From: Burkholderiales bacterium
GTDB taxonomy: Bacteria > Pseudomonadota > Gammaproteobacteria > Burkholderiales > JACQAP01
Assembly: GCA_035548375.1 (NCBI GenBank)
Contig: DASZTG010000022.1
Coordinates: forward strand, 14,232 to 78,231
Direction of reading: 5' to 3'
DNA: 64,000 bases
The notes below the pieces were generated by a model. That model worked only from the letters and a program-made list of their open reading frames with translations. It had not been told where the DNA came from and did no database searches. Shown here one piece after another: positions 32,347-40,348 of the stretch. A program made the translations under genes and the position numbers. Positions within the stretch are counted from its first letter, which is position 1. Every line of letters begins with the position of its first letter.

Positions 32347-34353
32347 CTAGTGCGCCTGCGTCGGCACCAGGCTGGTTTGCTTCAGTGCCGCGGCACCGAC
32401 AAAAGTATCCGACGACACTGCCAGGTCGTTGACGTTGTATACGACCCCGGCCCTTGCGGCATTGGTGCCCGCAAAGTAGCCCTGCAGGTTCACGAAACCG
32501 CTGGTCGTGTTGCCGGTTGCAAAGAACGTCCCGCCGCACATGCCGCCACTAAACGTGGCGGAGACCGATTGGCTTGCCAGCGTCCAGTTCGCCGATCCAT
32601 TGATATTGGCGTTTTGCGCGCCAAGGAAGTTCACGCTCATGGCCATGGAATTCAACGTACCCGCCACTGCGCCGGTACTGGTGCTCGTCGGCTGCGTGGC
32701 GCCCAGCAGCGTATAGGTGCCGGTCGTTCCACCCAGCGCAGTCATGTTCGCATCGGAAGTCGGAATTCCTGCGACATAGTGCAACGTTCCTCCCGAGCAG
32801 CATTCGCCGCCGGTAGCGCTCGACGCCCTTCCCCACGCGATGATGCCGTCGTTGCCGGAGGTCGCCACCGGTCCGGATACGCTGACGGCTCCGACGCCAT
32901 CACTGAATTGCGTAAGCAGGCCGGAGCTGAAGGAAGTTCCCGTAAACGTGACGACCTGACTGGTTATTTCGGCGTTCGCGATGCCTACGTTCCAGAGCGG
33001 CGCAACGGAAGACTGCGTAAGCGCCGCCGCGCCGGCGAAACTATCCTGCGAAGCGATCGAAGAATCGAATACGTTGTAGACGACACCCGCCCGCGCGGCG
33101 TTGGCGCCAGCAAAAAATCCGGTCAGGCTGACCGAGCCGGAAAAGCTCGTCGGTCCGCTCGCAAAGAAGGCGGCGCCGTCCGTACCGCCCGAGAACGTCG
33201 CGGACAACGCCTGATTGAGCAGGGTCCAGCTCATCGTTCCCTTGACGTTCGCGTTGCTGCCGCCTAGAAAATCCGCGATCATCGTCATGCTGTTAAGCGT
33301 GCCGGCGACCGCGCCAGTGTTGACGCTCGTCGGATTGGTCGCGCCAAGCAGGGTGTAAGTCGCCTGCATGCCGCCAAGGGCCGTGAAATCCGTCGTCGGA
33401 ATGCCCGCCACGTAGTGGAGGACCTGATCGGCGTTGAAGATGCAGCATTCGCCGCCGGTTGCGCCGGACGCCGTGCCCCACGCAATGACGCCGTCGTTGC
33501 CCACACTCACGGGATTTCGCAGCGTGACCGCGCCGACGTTGTCATCGAAATCGGTCATGCGTCCCAGTGCGTCGAGATTCGCGCGCGTGGAGTCATATAC
33601 GTTGGCCCCACTGGCACCGGCAATACCGACGTGTGCCGGCTTCACCGTTCCGGTGAGTATGGACCCGCAGCCGACGATGTCGCAGTTGTAGCCGCTGGAA
33701 TTCACCGCCTCGCCCTGCTTGAACTGGGGCGGTGGCGATTCCGGCGGCGGCGGCGGCAAGTCGGTGCGCTTGTTCGTGATCACCGGCTTCACTTCCTGAC
33801 CCTGCACGTAGTAGGACTCGCCGTTCATGACGCTCAGGCAGCCGCCGCCGTTGCAGACGTTGATCTCGCCCTCGCCGACGGTCCCGGTCACGGAATGGCC
33901 GTACTCGATCGTGTATTCCGTGCCGCGAATGCCGATGGTAGCCACGGAAGTGGTGACCTGATAGTTGCCCTTGTTCGTCCGCCCCACCAATCCGGTGATC
34001 GTGCGCAGCCCGCCCTTCAGCAGGCTGAAGAACCCCTTTTCGCTGCCGTCCTGCTTGCCTTCGTAACGGTATTGGTCGATGCGGAACTGCGACTCGGGCT
34101 GCAGCGACACATACGCGCCGTCGGTGAAGCGCAATTGCGCGCGGCCGCCGTTCGTGTTGATCGTGTCGCCCTGCTCGATCGGCGCGCCCTTGCCGATCGG
34201 CCGGCTTTGGCCGCCCGCGCCAGTGGCGGTGACGTTTCCGATCGCGAAATCGACGCGCGCGGCTGGCGCGGAGTATCCGACGACCGGATAGGCTGCTGCA
34301 ATCGCCGCGAGCAGCGCCGCGCGACAGTTCAGACTGAAATGTTCCTGGGGCAT
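32347..34353 (-). CDS. Secreted FecR-domain protein with two tandem ~180-aa C-terminal modules
   Basis: 668-aa ORF. Sec-type signal (no lipobox Cys after the h-region). FecR-like domain (aa ~35-150: …G.PI..GDTI.T..G.RAQLRF.DGA.V.L.P.S.F.I…). Poly-Pro linker (DLPPPPPESPPPQ). Two homologous modules (aa ~270-450 and ~484-661), each with a GGECC motif and ending in G(F/Y)FAG.NAARAGVVYNV. Confidence 0.8.
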   Translation of the reverse strand: MPQEHFSLNCRAALLAAIAAAYPVVGYSAPAARVDFAIGNVTATGAGGQSRPIGKGAPIEQGDTINTNGGRAQLRFTDGAYVSLQPESQFRIDQYRYEGKQDGSEKGFFSLLKGGLRTITGLVGRTNKGNYQVTTSVATIGIRGTEYTIEYGHSVTGTVGEGEINVCNGGGCLSVMNGESYYVQGQEVKPVITNKRTDLPPPPPESPPPQFKQGEAVNSSGYNCDIVGCGSILTGTVKPAHVGIAGASGANVYDSTRANLDALGRMTDFDDNVGAVTLRNPVSVGNDGVIAWGTASGATGGECCIFNADQVLHYVAGIPTTDFTALGGMQATYTLLGATNPTSVNTGAVAGTLNSMTMIADFLGGSNANVKGTMSWTLLNQALSATFSGGTDGAAFFASGPTSFSGSVSLTGFFAGANAARAGVVYNVFDSSIASQDSFAGAAALTQSSVAPLWNVGIANAEITSQVVTFTGTSFSSGLLTQFSDGVGAVSVSGPVATSGNDGIIAWGRASSATGGECCSGGTLHYVAGIPTSDANMTALGGTTGTYTLLGATQPTSTSTGAVAGTLNSMAMSVNFLGAQNANINGSANWTLASQSVSATFSGGMCGGTFFATGNTTSGFVNLQGYFAGTNAARAGVVYNVNDLAVSSDTFVGAAALKQTSLVPTQAH

Positions 34354-34460
34354 TCGACCTCTCCCTTGCGGTTCGGCTCGTCGTCGGCGTTCCTGGTGCC
34401 GGTCACCAGATCGCCGATCGAGGCAGCATTAACTGGATACGCCAAAAGCGAAACACATGC

Positions 34461-34484
34461 CAAAAGATCGTCGCACGCGACGAC
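34461..34484 (-). terminator. Weak hairpin plus U-run after the outer-membrane protein gene
   Basis: Minus strand tcgtcgc-gt-gcgacga followed by tCTTTTg, starting 4 nt after the stop at 34488. Short stem with a very small loop, so at best a partial terminator. Confidence 0.35.
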
Positions 34485-34487
34485 CGC

Positions 34488-35834
34488 TCAGATATCGTAG
34501 TGCAGCAATATCTGGTAGATGACCCTGTCGTATTCGTAGATCGATATGTTCGACGGATTGTTGGTCCAGTTGACCTGGGGCGTGATCCTCAGGTTCTTTT
34601 TCGGGACGAAGATCATGCCGGCCGCGGCATTGTATTGCGTGTCCTCGCGATCCTCGGCGAAGAGCGGGTCCGGGCCGCCGTACTTGCGCTTCTCGACGCT
34701 GCCGTTGGCGAAAAGCGCGTATTTCTCGACCACGTTCCATTGTGCACCCAGGCGCGCCCCATAGAAGTTATTGCCGAATTGCGGCACTCCGGCGTGGGTT
34801 TCGACTTCCGAGCCGCCGTATGCCCCAACGTAGGTGACCAGCGTGCCTCGTCCGAATGCGTGCGCATAGCCCGCGCCACCCACGTAGCGGTTGGCATTGC
34901 GGATTTCCTGTCCCGGGTATTCCAGAAAGCTGTACTGCCCGAAGATGCTCACCTGGTTGCGCGAATCGAAATCATGCTGCCATTGTGCGGTCACGCCGGA
35001 CGCATTCCGGTAGGCATCGGGGTAAAGCGCTGTGTTGTCGACGAAGAAGGAATTGAATTGCCCGCCGAAGGTCCACGTATCGCGATCCCTCCGATAGGCC
35101 AATCCCAGGTTGACGTCATAGTAATAGGTCGAGAAATCGGATTGTTCGTAGTTGGTCTTGTTCTGGTACGCCAGGCCGCCGAACAGGCTCAAGCTCTTGG
35201 AGAATGGATGCGTAAAGCTGACACCGCCGCCGAACATGACGAACGCGTCTTTTTGCTGTTGCGACGCGGGAGCGAGCGCGAAGGGAAGTCCGCCGAAGGC
35301 CGGCACCGCGATCTGCGAATCCGACGTAGCGCTGTTCACGTTGGTGTCGTAGCCGATGCCTATTTCTACGAAGCCGTGAATGGTCGTTCGCGAAGCTTCG
35401 TCTATGCGGTTGATGGCATCCAGGAAACGGTCGATGGTTACCGAAACCTCGGGCGGGACCTCCGATTTCTTGACGTTCTCGAATTCCCGTTTCGACGTTT
35501 CGATTTCCTTGAGGTTGAAGTAAGCGCGCGCGATTTTTTCGCGCGCCGGCGCGGCATTAGGCTTCACGGCGAGCACGCGTTCGAGAGCGAACACGGCTTC
35601 CGTGTACTTGCCAAGGTCGAGGGCCGCGGATCCCAGCAGGAAATCGAAATCGGGATCGCCCGCGCGAGTCGATTGCAGCGGAATGAGCAGGTTGTAGGCG
35701 GCTTGCGCGTTGCCGCTATCGAGAAGCTGCTTGGCTTGCAGGACGATGTCATCGGCCGCAGACGCGGCCAACGGGAAAACCAGCGCACAAATTAGCGATG
35801 CTGCGATCCGGCGCAGAAGCCGCATGAGATTCAT
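34488..35834 (-). CDS. Outer-membrane protein: N-terminal TPR domain plus C-terminal beta-barrel (Slam/DUF560-like)
   Basis: 448-aa ORF. Signal peptide (…FPLAASAADD). About 130 aa of TPR-like helices. The remaining ~290 aa show alternating aromatic/hydrophobic beta-strand patterning rich in G/Y/N/F (GIGYDTNVNSA, LAYRRDRDTW, YVGGAGYAHAF…). This architecture matches surface-lipoprotein assembly modulator (DUF560) proteins as I recall them. Family assignment not verified. Confidence 0.72.
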   Translation of the reverse strand: MNLMRLLRRIAASLICALVFPLAASAADDIVLQAKQLLDSGNAQAAYNLLIPLQSTRAGDPDFDFLLGSAALDLGKYTEAVFALERVLAVKPNAAPAREKIARAYFNLKEIETSKREFENVKKSEVPPEVSVTIDRFLDAINRIDEASRTTIHGFVEIGIGYDTNVNSATSDSQIAVPAFGGLPFALAPASQQQKDAFVMFGGGVSFTHPFSKSLSLFGGLAYQNKTNYEQSDFSTYYYDVNLGLAYRRDRDTWTFGGQFNSFFVDNTALYPDAYRNASGVTAQWQHDFDSRNQVSIFGQYSFLEYPGQEIRNANRYVGGAGYAHAFGRGTLVTYVGAYGGSEVETHAGVPQFGNNFYGARLGAQWNVVEKYALFANGSVEKRKYGGPDPLFAEDREDTQYNAAAGMIFVPKKNLRITPQVNWTNNPSNISIYEYDRVIYQILLHYDI

Positions 35835-35891
35835 CCTCTTGTTTGAATATCCAGCCTAAATCGCGAGATTGAAAGACTTTTTACCGCGGGC

Positions 35892-35921
35892 ACATTACCG
35901 GAATCGAGCGCCCAGCGTCAA
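35892..35921 (-). promoter_or_regulatory. Candidate sigma70 promoter for the accessory operon
   Basis: Minus strand TTGACG-N18-TAATGT, about 55 nt upstream of the ATG at 35834, which has an AAGAGG Shine-Dalgarno sequence. A 6-1-6 palindrome ACGCTT-T-AAGCGT abuts the -35 hexamer. Confidence 0.4.
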
Positions 35922-36096
35922 ACGCTTTAAGCGTGAAAAGGGGCGTAACGGCCAAATCTGCCGCATGGAGACCGAATTTCGCTCGCAATTGAGCGTGCGG
36001 GGGCGGACCAGGGCCTCCGGATGGGATGAATCCGGGAATACATTCCCTTCGAAAGTCCGTGCGCCGGTCAGGAATTCGTAAGCCGGCTTGGTCTGG

Positions 36097-38352
36097 CTAG
36101 CCTTGGCGCACGCAATCCACGTAGTAGCGCAACTCACCTCCGGACGCTTCCTCGACGAGACCGTGGATGTCGGTATCGAAACCGGGGAATGTCTTGTTGA
36201 ATTCGCGTGCGAACTGCAGGTAGCGCACGATCGTCTGGTTGAAGCGCTCCCCGGGAACGAGCAACGGTATGCCGGGCGGATAGGGCGTCAACAGAACGCT
36301 GGTGACGCGACCTTCCAGCTTGTCGATATCGACGCGGTCGATTTCACGGTGCGCCATGGCGGCAAACGCGTCCGAGGGCTTCATCGACGGCTGCATGTCC
36401 GACAGGTACATCTCGGTGGTCAGGCGCGCGATGTCGTTGGCCTTGTACATGCCGTGGATCTGGTTGCACAGGTCGCGCAAGCCCATGCGCTCATAGCGCG
36501 GATGCGCCTGGCAGAACTCAGGCAGGATGCGCCACATCGGCTGGTTCTTGTCGTAATCGTCCTTGAACTGCTGTAGCGCCGTCAGCAGAGTGTTCCAGCG
36601 GCCCTTGGTGATGCCGATCGTGAACATGATGAAGAACGAATACAGGCCGGTCTTCTCGACAATGACGCCGTGCTCGGCCAGGTATTTGGTCACGATCGAC
36701 GCCGGAATGCCGGTCTTGGCGAACTTGCCCGACACATCCAGTCCCGGCGTGATCACCGTTGACTTGATCGGATCCAGCATGTTGAAGCCGGGCGCGAGGT
36801 TGCCGAAGCCGTGCCATTTCTCGTTGGCCTTGAGCACCCATTCGTCGCGCGAGCCGATGCCTTCGGCCGCGATCTTCTCCGGCCCCCAGACCTTGAACCA
36901 CCAGTCCTTGCCGAACTCGTCGTCGACCTTGCGCATGGCACGACGGAAGTCCAGCGCCTCCGCGATGGATTCCTCCACCAGCGCCGTGCCGCCCGGCGGC
37001 TCCATCATCGCCGCCGCCACGTCGCAGGACGCGATGATCGCGTACTGCGGCGAGGTCGAGGTGTGCATGAGGTAGGCCTCGTTGAACACGTGGCGGTCGA
37101 GCTTGCGCGTCTGCGACTCCTGCACCAGGATCTGCGAGGCCTGCGAAATACCCGCCAGCAGCTTGTGCGTCGAGTGCGTCGCGTAAATGATCGCGTCCTT
37201 CGGCCGCGGCCTGTCCTTGCCGATCGCATGCATGTCCTTGTAGAACTCGTGGAACGTGGCATGCGGCAGCCACGCCTCGTCGAAATGCAGCGTCTCGATC
37301 GATGAGTTGAGCGTTTCCTTCAACGTCTCGACGTTGTAAACCACGCCGTCGTAGGTGCTCTGCGTGATCGTCAGGATGCGCGGCTTCTTGCGCTTGGCGT
37401 TGCGCGCGAACGGATTCGCCTCGATCTTCTTCTGGATGTTCTCCGGCTTGAATTCCTCCAGGGGAATCGGGCCGATGATGCCCAGGTGGTTGCGCGTCGG
37501 CGTCAGGAAGACGGGGATGGCGCCGGTCATCGTGATCGCGTGCAGGATGGACTTGTGGCAGTTGCGATCGACGACGACGATGTCGTCGGGCGCGACGTTG
37601 GCATGCCAGACCATCTTGTTCGAAGTCGACGTGCCGTTCGTGACGAAGAAACAGTGGTCGGCATTGAAGATTCGCGCCGCATTACGCTCCGACGCCGCGA
37701 CCGGGCCGGTGTGGTCCAGCAACTGGCCGAGCTCGTCCACCGCGTTGCAAACGTCGGCGCGCAGCATGTTTTCGCCGAAGAACTGGTGGAACATCTGGCC
37801 GACCGGGCTTTTCAGGAAGGCCACGCCGCCGGAATGCCCCGGACAGTGCCAGGAGTACGAACCATCCTGCGCATAGTGCGTCAGCGCGCGGAAGAACGGC
37901 GGCGCCAGGCTGTCGAGGTAGGAGCGCGCCTCGCGGATGATGTGCCGGGCGACGAATTCCGGCGTGTCCTCGAACATGTGGATGAACCCGTGCAGCTCGC
38001 GCAGGATATCGTTCGGGATGTGGCGTGAGGTGCGCGTCTCGCCGTACAGGTAGATGGGGATGTCGGCGTTGCGGAAACGCAGCTCCTTCACGAAGGCGCG
38101 TACCTTTTCCAGCGCCTTGTTGGTCTCCTCCTCCGATCCGGCGCCGAATTCCTCGTCGTCGATCGACAGGATGAATGCCGACGCCCGGCTTTGCTGCTGC
38201 GCGAACGACGTCAGGTCGCCGTAGCTGGTGACGCCGACCACTTCCATGCCTTCGTCCTCCAGCGCCTTGGCAAGCGCGCGGATGCCCAGGCCGCTGGTGT
38301 TCTCCGAGCGGTAGTCCTCGTCGATGATGACGACGGGAAAGCGGAATTTCAT
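36097..38352 (-). CDS. Orn/Lys/Arg decarboxylase, large fold-type I PLP family (AdiA/LdcC/SpeC-like)
   Basis: 751-aa ORF. N-terminal wing/response-regulator-like domain (MKFRFPVVIIDED…), PLP-lysine motif (ATHSTHKLL), conserved C-terminal domain. Substrate not assignable from sequence alone. Confidence 0.92.
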   Translation of the reverse strand: MKFRFPVVIIDEDYRSENTSGLGIRALAKALEDEGMEVVGVTSYGDLTSFAQQQSRASAFILSIDDEEFGAGSEEETNKALEKVRAFVKELRFRNADIPIYLYGETRTSRHIPNDILRELHGFIHMFEDTPEFVARHIIREARSYLDSLAPPFFRALTHYAQDGSYSWHCPGHSGGVAFLKSPVGQMFHQFFGENMLRADVCNAVDELGQLLDHTGPVAASERNAARIFNADHCFFVTNGTSTSNKMVWHANVAPDDIVVVDRNCHKSILHAITMTGAIPVFLTPTRNHLGIIGPIPLEEFKPENIQKKIEANPFARNAKRKKPRILTITQSTYDGVVYNVETLKETLNSSIETLHFDEAWLPHATFHEFYKDMHAIGKDRPRPKDAIIYATHSTHKLLAGISQASQILVQESQTRKLDRHVFNEAYLMHTSTSPQYAIIASCDVAAAMMEPPGGTALVEESIAEALDFRRAMRKVDDEFGKDWWFKVWGPEKIAAEGIGSRDEWVLKANEKWHGFGNLAPGFNMLDPIKSTVITPGLDVSGKFAKTGIPASIVTKYLAEHGVIVEKTGLYSFFIMFTIGITKGRWNTLLTALQQFKDDYDKNQPMWRILPEFCQAHPRYERMGLRDLCNQIHGMYKANDIARLTTEMYLSDMQPSMKPSDAFAAMAHREIDRVDIDKLEGRVTSVLLTPYPPGIPLLVPGERFNQTIVRYLQFAREFNKTFPGFDTDIHGLVEEASGGELRYYVDCVRQG

Positions 38353-38425
38353 ACGGTCCTCCAGGAACGGACTGCCGCCGGCGGACGCCGGCGAGGTGGG
38401 CTGCTTGCGGGGGGTGGCTTGGCCA

Positions 38426-38998
38426 CTAGATCTTGGGAAGCGTGACGCCCTGCTGACCCTGGTACTTGCCGCCGCGATCGCGGTAGGAGGTCTCGCAGAC
38501 GTCGTCGGAGTCGGACTCGAAGAAAATCACCTGCGCGACGCCTTCGTTCGCGTAGATTTTCGCGGGCAGCGGCGTCGTGTTGGAAAACTCCAGCGTCACG
38601 TAGCCTTCCCATTCCGGCTCGAACGGCGTGACGTTGACGATGATGCCGCAGCGAGCATAGGTCGATTTGCCGAGGCAGACCGTCAACACGTTGCGCGGAA
38701 TGCGAAAGTATTCGACCGTGCGTGCCAGCGCAAAGGAATTCGGCGGGATGATGCATACGTCGCCGTTGAAATCGACGAAGGACTTTTCGTCGAAGTTCTT
38801 CGGATCCACCATCGTCGAATTGATGTTCGTGAAGATCTTGAAGTCCTTGGAGCAGCGGATGTCGTAGCCATAGCTCGATGTCCCGTAGGACACGATCTTG
38901 TGGCCGTTGACGCTTCTGACCTGACCGGGCTCGAACGGTTCGATCATCCTGTGCTCGGCCGCCATGCGGCGGATCCACTTGTCGGATTTGATGCTCAT
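38426..38998 (-). CDS. dcd: dCTP deaminase
   Basis: 190 aa from [13 protein letters not shown]…MIEPF (Dcd N-terminus). The upstream 93 codons of the track ORF run through an intergenic tandem repeat and terminator. Confidence 0.95.
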   Translation of the reverse strand: MSIKSDKWIRRMAAEHRMIEPFEPGQVRSVNGHKIVSYGTSSYGYDIRCSKDFKIFTNINSTMVDPKNFDEKSFVDFNGDVCIIPPNSFALARTVEYFRIPRNVLTVCLGKSTYARCGIIVNVTPFEPEWEGYVTLEFSNTTPLPAKIYANEGVAQVIFFESDSDDVCETSYRDRGGKYQGQQGVTLPKI

Positions 38999-39006
38999 GC
39001 TTTCGC

Positions 39007-39036
39007 GTGAAGAGTGAAGGGTGAAGGGTGAAGGGT
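39007..39036. repeat. Heptamer tandem repeat (GTGAAGG-like, 4 copies) immediately upstream of dcd
   Basis: gtgaaga gtgaagg gtgaagg gtgaagg gt on the plus strand (CCTTCAC x4 in the dcd sense), ending 9 nt before the dcd ATG. A second short tandem (cctcccg x2) lies at 39091-39104. Confidence 0.8.
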
Positions 39037-39063
39037 AAAAACCGGCAGGCACGGGCGTGCCGG
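39037..39063 (-). terminator. Intrinsic terminator after apbC
   Basis: Minus strand CCGGCACGCCCGTGCCTGCCGG followed by TTTTTA. GC-rich stem(s) (CCGGCA/TGCCGG, GGCAC/GTGCC). Confidence 0.55.
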
Positions 39064-39122
39064 GGCGCTTTGCGTGGTGAACGCCTCGAGCCTCCCGCCT
39101 CCCGCCTGACCCATCGCTCGCC

Positions 39123-40211
39123 TCACGTGTTCTGAACCACGATCTTCGGGAAAGCCGTGCTGTGGTCGCGGGCCAGGTCGGCAATGCGTGCGGCCACCTT
39201 GCGCGCGATCTCCCGATAAATCTGCGCGGACCGGCTTTCGGGTTCCGCGACGACGGTCGGCTTCCCGGAATCCGCACTCTCGCGGATCTTGATGTCCAGC
39301 GGCAGGCTGCCGAGCACCTCGACCTTGTAGTCCGCGCTCATGCGCGAAGCGCCGCCTTCGCCAAAGATGTGCTCCTCGTGCCCGCAGTTCGAACAGACGT
39401 GCACGCTCATGTTTTCGACGATGCCGAGGATGGGCACGCCGACCTTCTCGAACATCTTGAGGCCCTTGCGCGCGTCGATCAGCGCGATGTCCTGGGGCGT
39501 GGTGACGATAACGGCGCCGGTGAGCGGAACCTTTTGCGAGAGCGTCAGCTGGATGTCGCCGGTGCCGGGCGGCAGGTCGACGACCAGATAATCGAGGTCA
39601 TTCCATTTCGTATCGCGCAACAGCTGCTCCAGAGCCTGGGTGACCATCGGCCCGCGCCAGACCATGGGCGTATCGACGTCGATCAGCACGCCAATCGACA
39701 TGGCCTGCACGCCGTGGTTGACCATCGGCTCGATGGCCTTGCCGTCCGGCGACATCGGCTTGCCGGTCAAGCCCATCATCACCTGCTGCGAAGGGCCGTA
39801 GATGTCGGCATCCAGGATGCCGACCTTGGCCCCTTCGGCGGCGAGCGCCAGCGCCAGGTTCACCGCGGTGGTCGATTTGCCGACGCCGCCCTTGCCGGAG
39901 GCCACGGCGATGACGTTTCGCACGCCGCCCAGCAGCTTGAGCCCGCGCTGGACGGCGTGGGCGACGATCTTGAACTCGACATTCACATCGACCTTGCCGA
40001 CGCCCGGGATGCGGCCGATGCGCTCCGCCAGCTCGTGGCGAATGCCTTCGAGCACGCTTTTCGCGGGGTAGCCGAGCACTATGTCGAGCGCGACGTCATT
40101 GCCGTCGATGCGGATGTTCCGGGCTTCCTTGCCGGCGACATAGTCCTTTCCGGTGACCGGATCGGTGAACGTCTGGAGGGCTGCCTTGACCTGCTCTTCG
40201 CTGATCGCCAT
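39123..40211 (-). CDS. apbC: Fe-S cluster carrier ATPase ApbC/Mrp (NBP35 family)
   Basis: 362-aa ORF. N-terminal DUF59-like domain, deviant Walker A ([10 protein letters not shown]), CxxC motif (VCSNCGHE). Confidence 0.95.
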   Translation of the reverse strand: MAISEEQVKAALQTFTDPVTGKDYVAGKEARNIRIDGNDVALDIVLGYPAKSVLEGIRHELAERIGRIPGVGKVDVNVEFKIVAHAVQRGLKLLGGVRNVIAVASGKGGVGKSTTAVNLALALAAEGAKVGILDADIYGPSQQVMMGLTGKPMSPDGKAIEPMVNHGVQAMSIGVLIDVDTPMVWRGPMVTQALEQLLRDTKWNDLDYLVVDLPPGTGDIQLTLSQKVPLTGAVIVTTPQDIALIDARKGLKMFEKVGVPILGIVENMSVHVCSNCGHEEHIFGEGGASRMSADYKVEVLGSLPLDIKIRESADSGKPTVVAEPESRSAQIYREIARKVAARIADLARDHSTAFPKIVVQNT

Positions 40212-40307
40212 GCCTGCTGCCGTGGGAAATCCGTGTGTGCCTTCGAAAGCGAGGGCCGAATTTTATGCCGATTCTCCGGGGAGTAAAGGGCTTTTGCGGG
40301 GGGCCTT

Positions 40308-40316
40308 TGCTAGAAT
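40308..40316 (+). promoter_or_regulatory. Candidate extended -10 promoter element for metG
   Basis: TGcTAGAAT, 33 nt upstream of the metG ATG in the divergent apbC/metG spacer. No convincing -35. Same TGnTAGAAT form as at 2839-2847. Confidence 0.3.
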
Positions 40317-40348
40317 TCCCGCTTTGCCGCCATGCCGCTTCGCCCGCA

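Noticed and set aside
38426-39277. 283-aa form of the dcd ORF
   Set aside because: The upstream 93 codons read through the apbC 3' end, a terminator hairpin and the heptamer tandem repeat. The Dcd family N-terminus begins at the Met at 38998.
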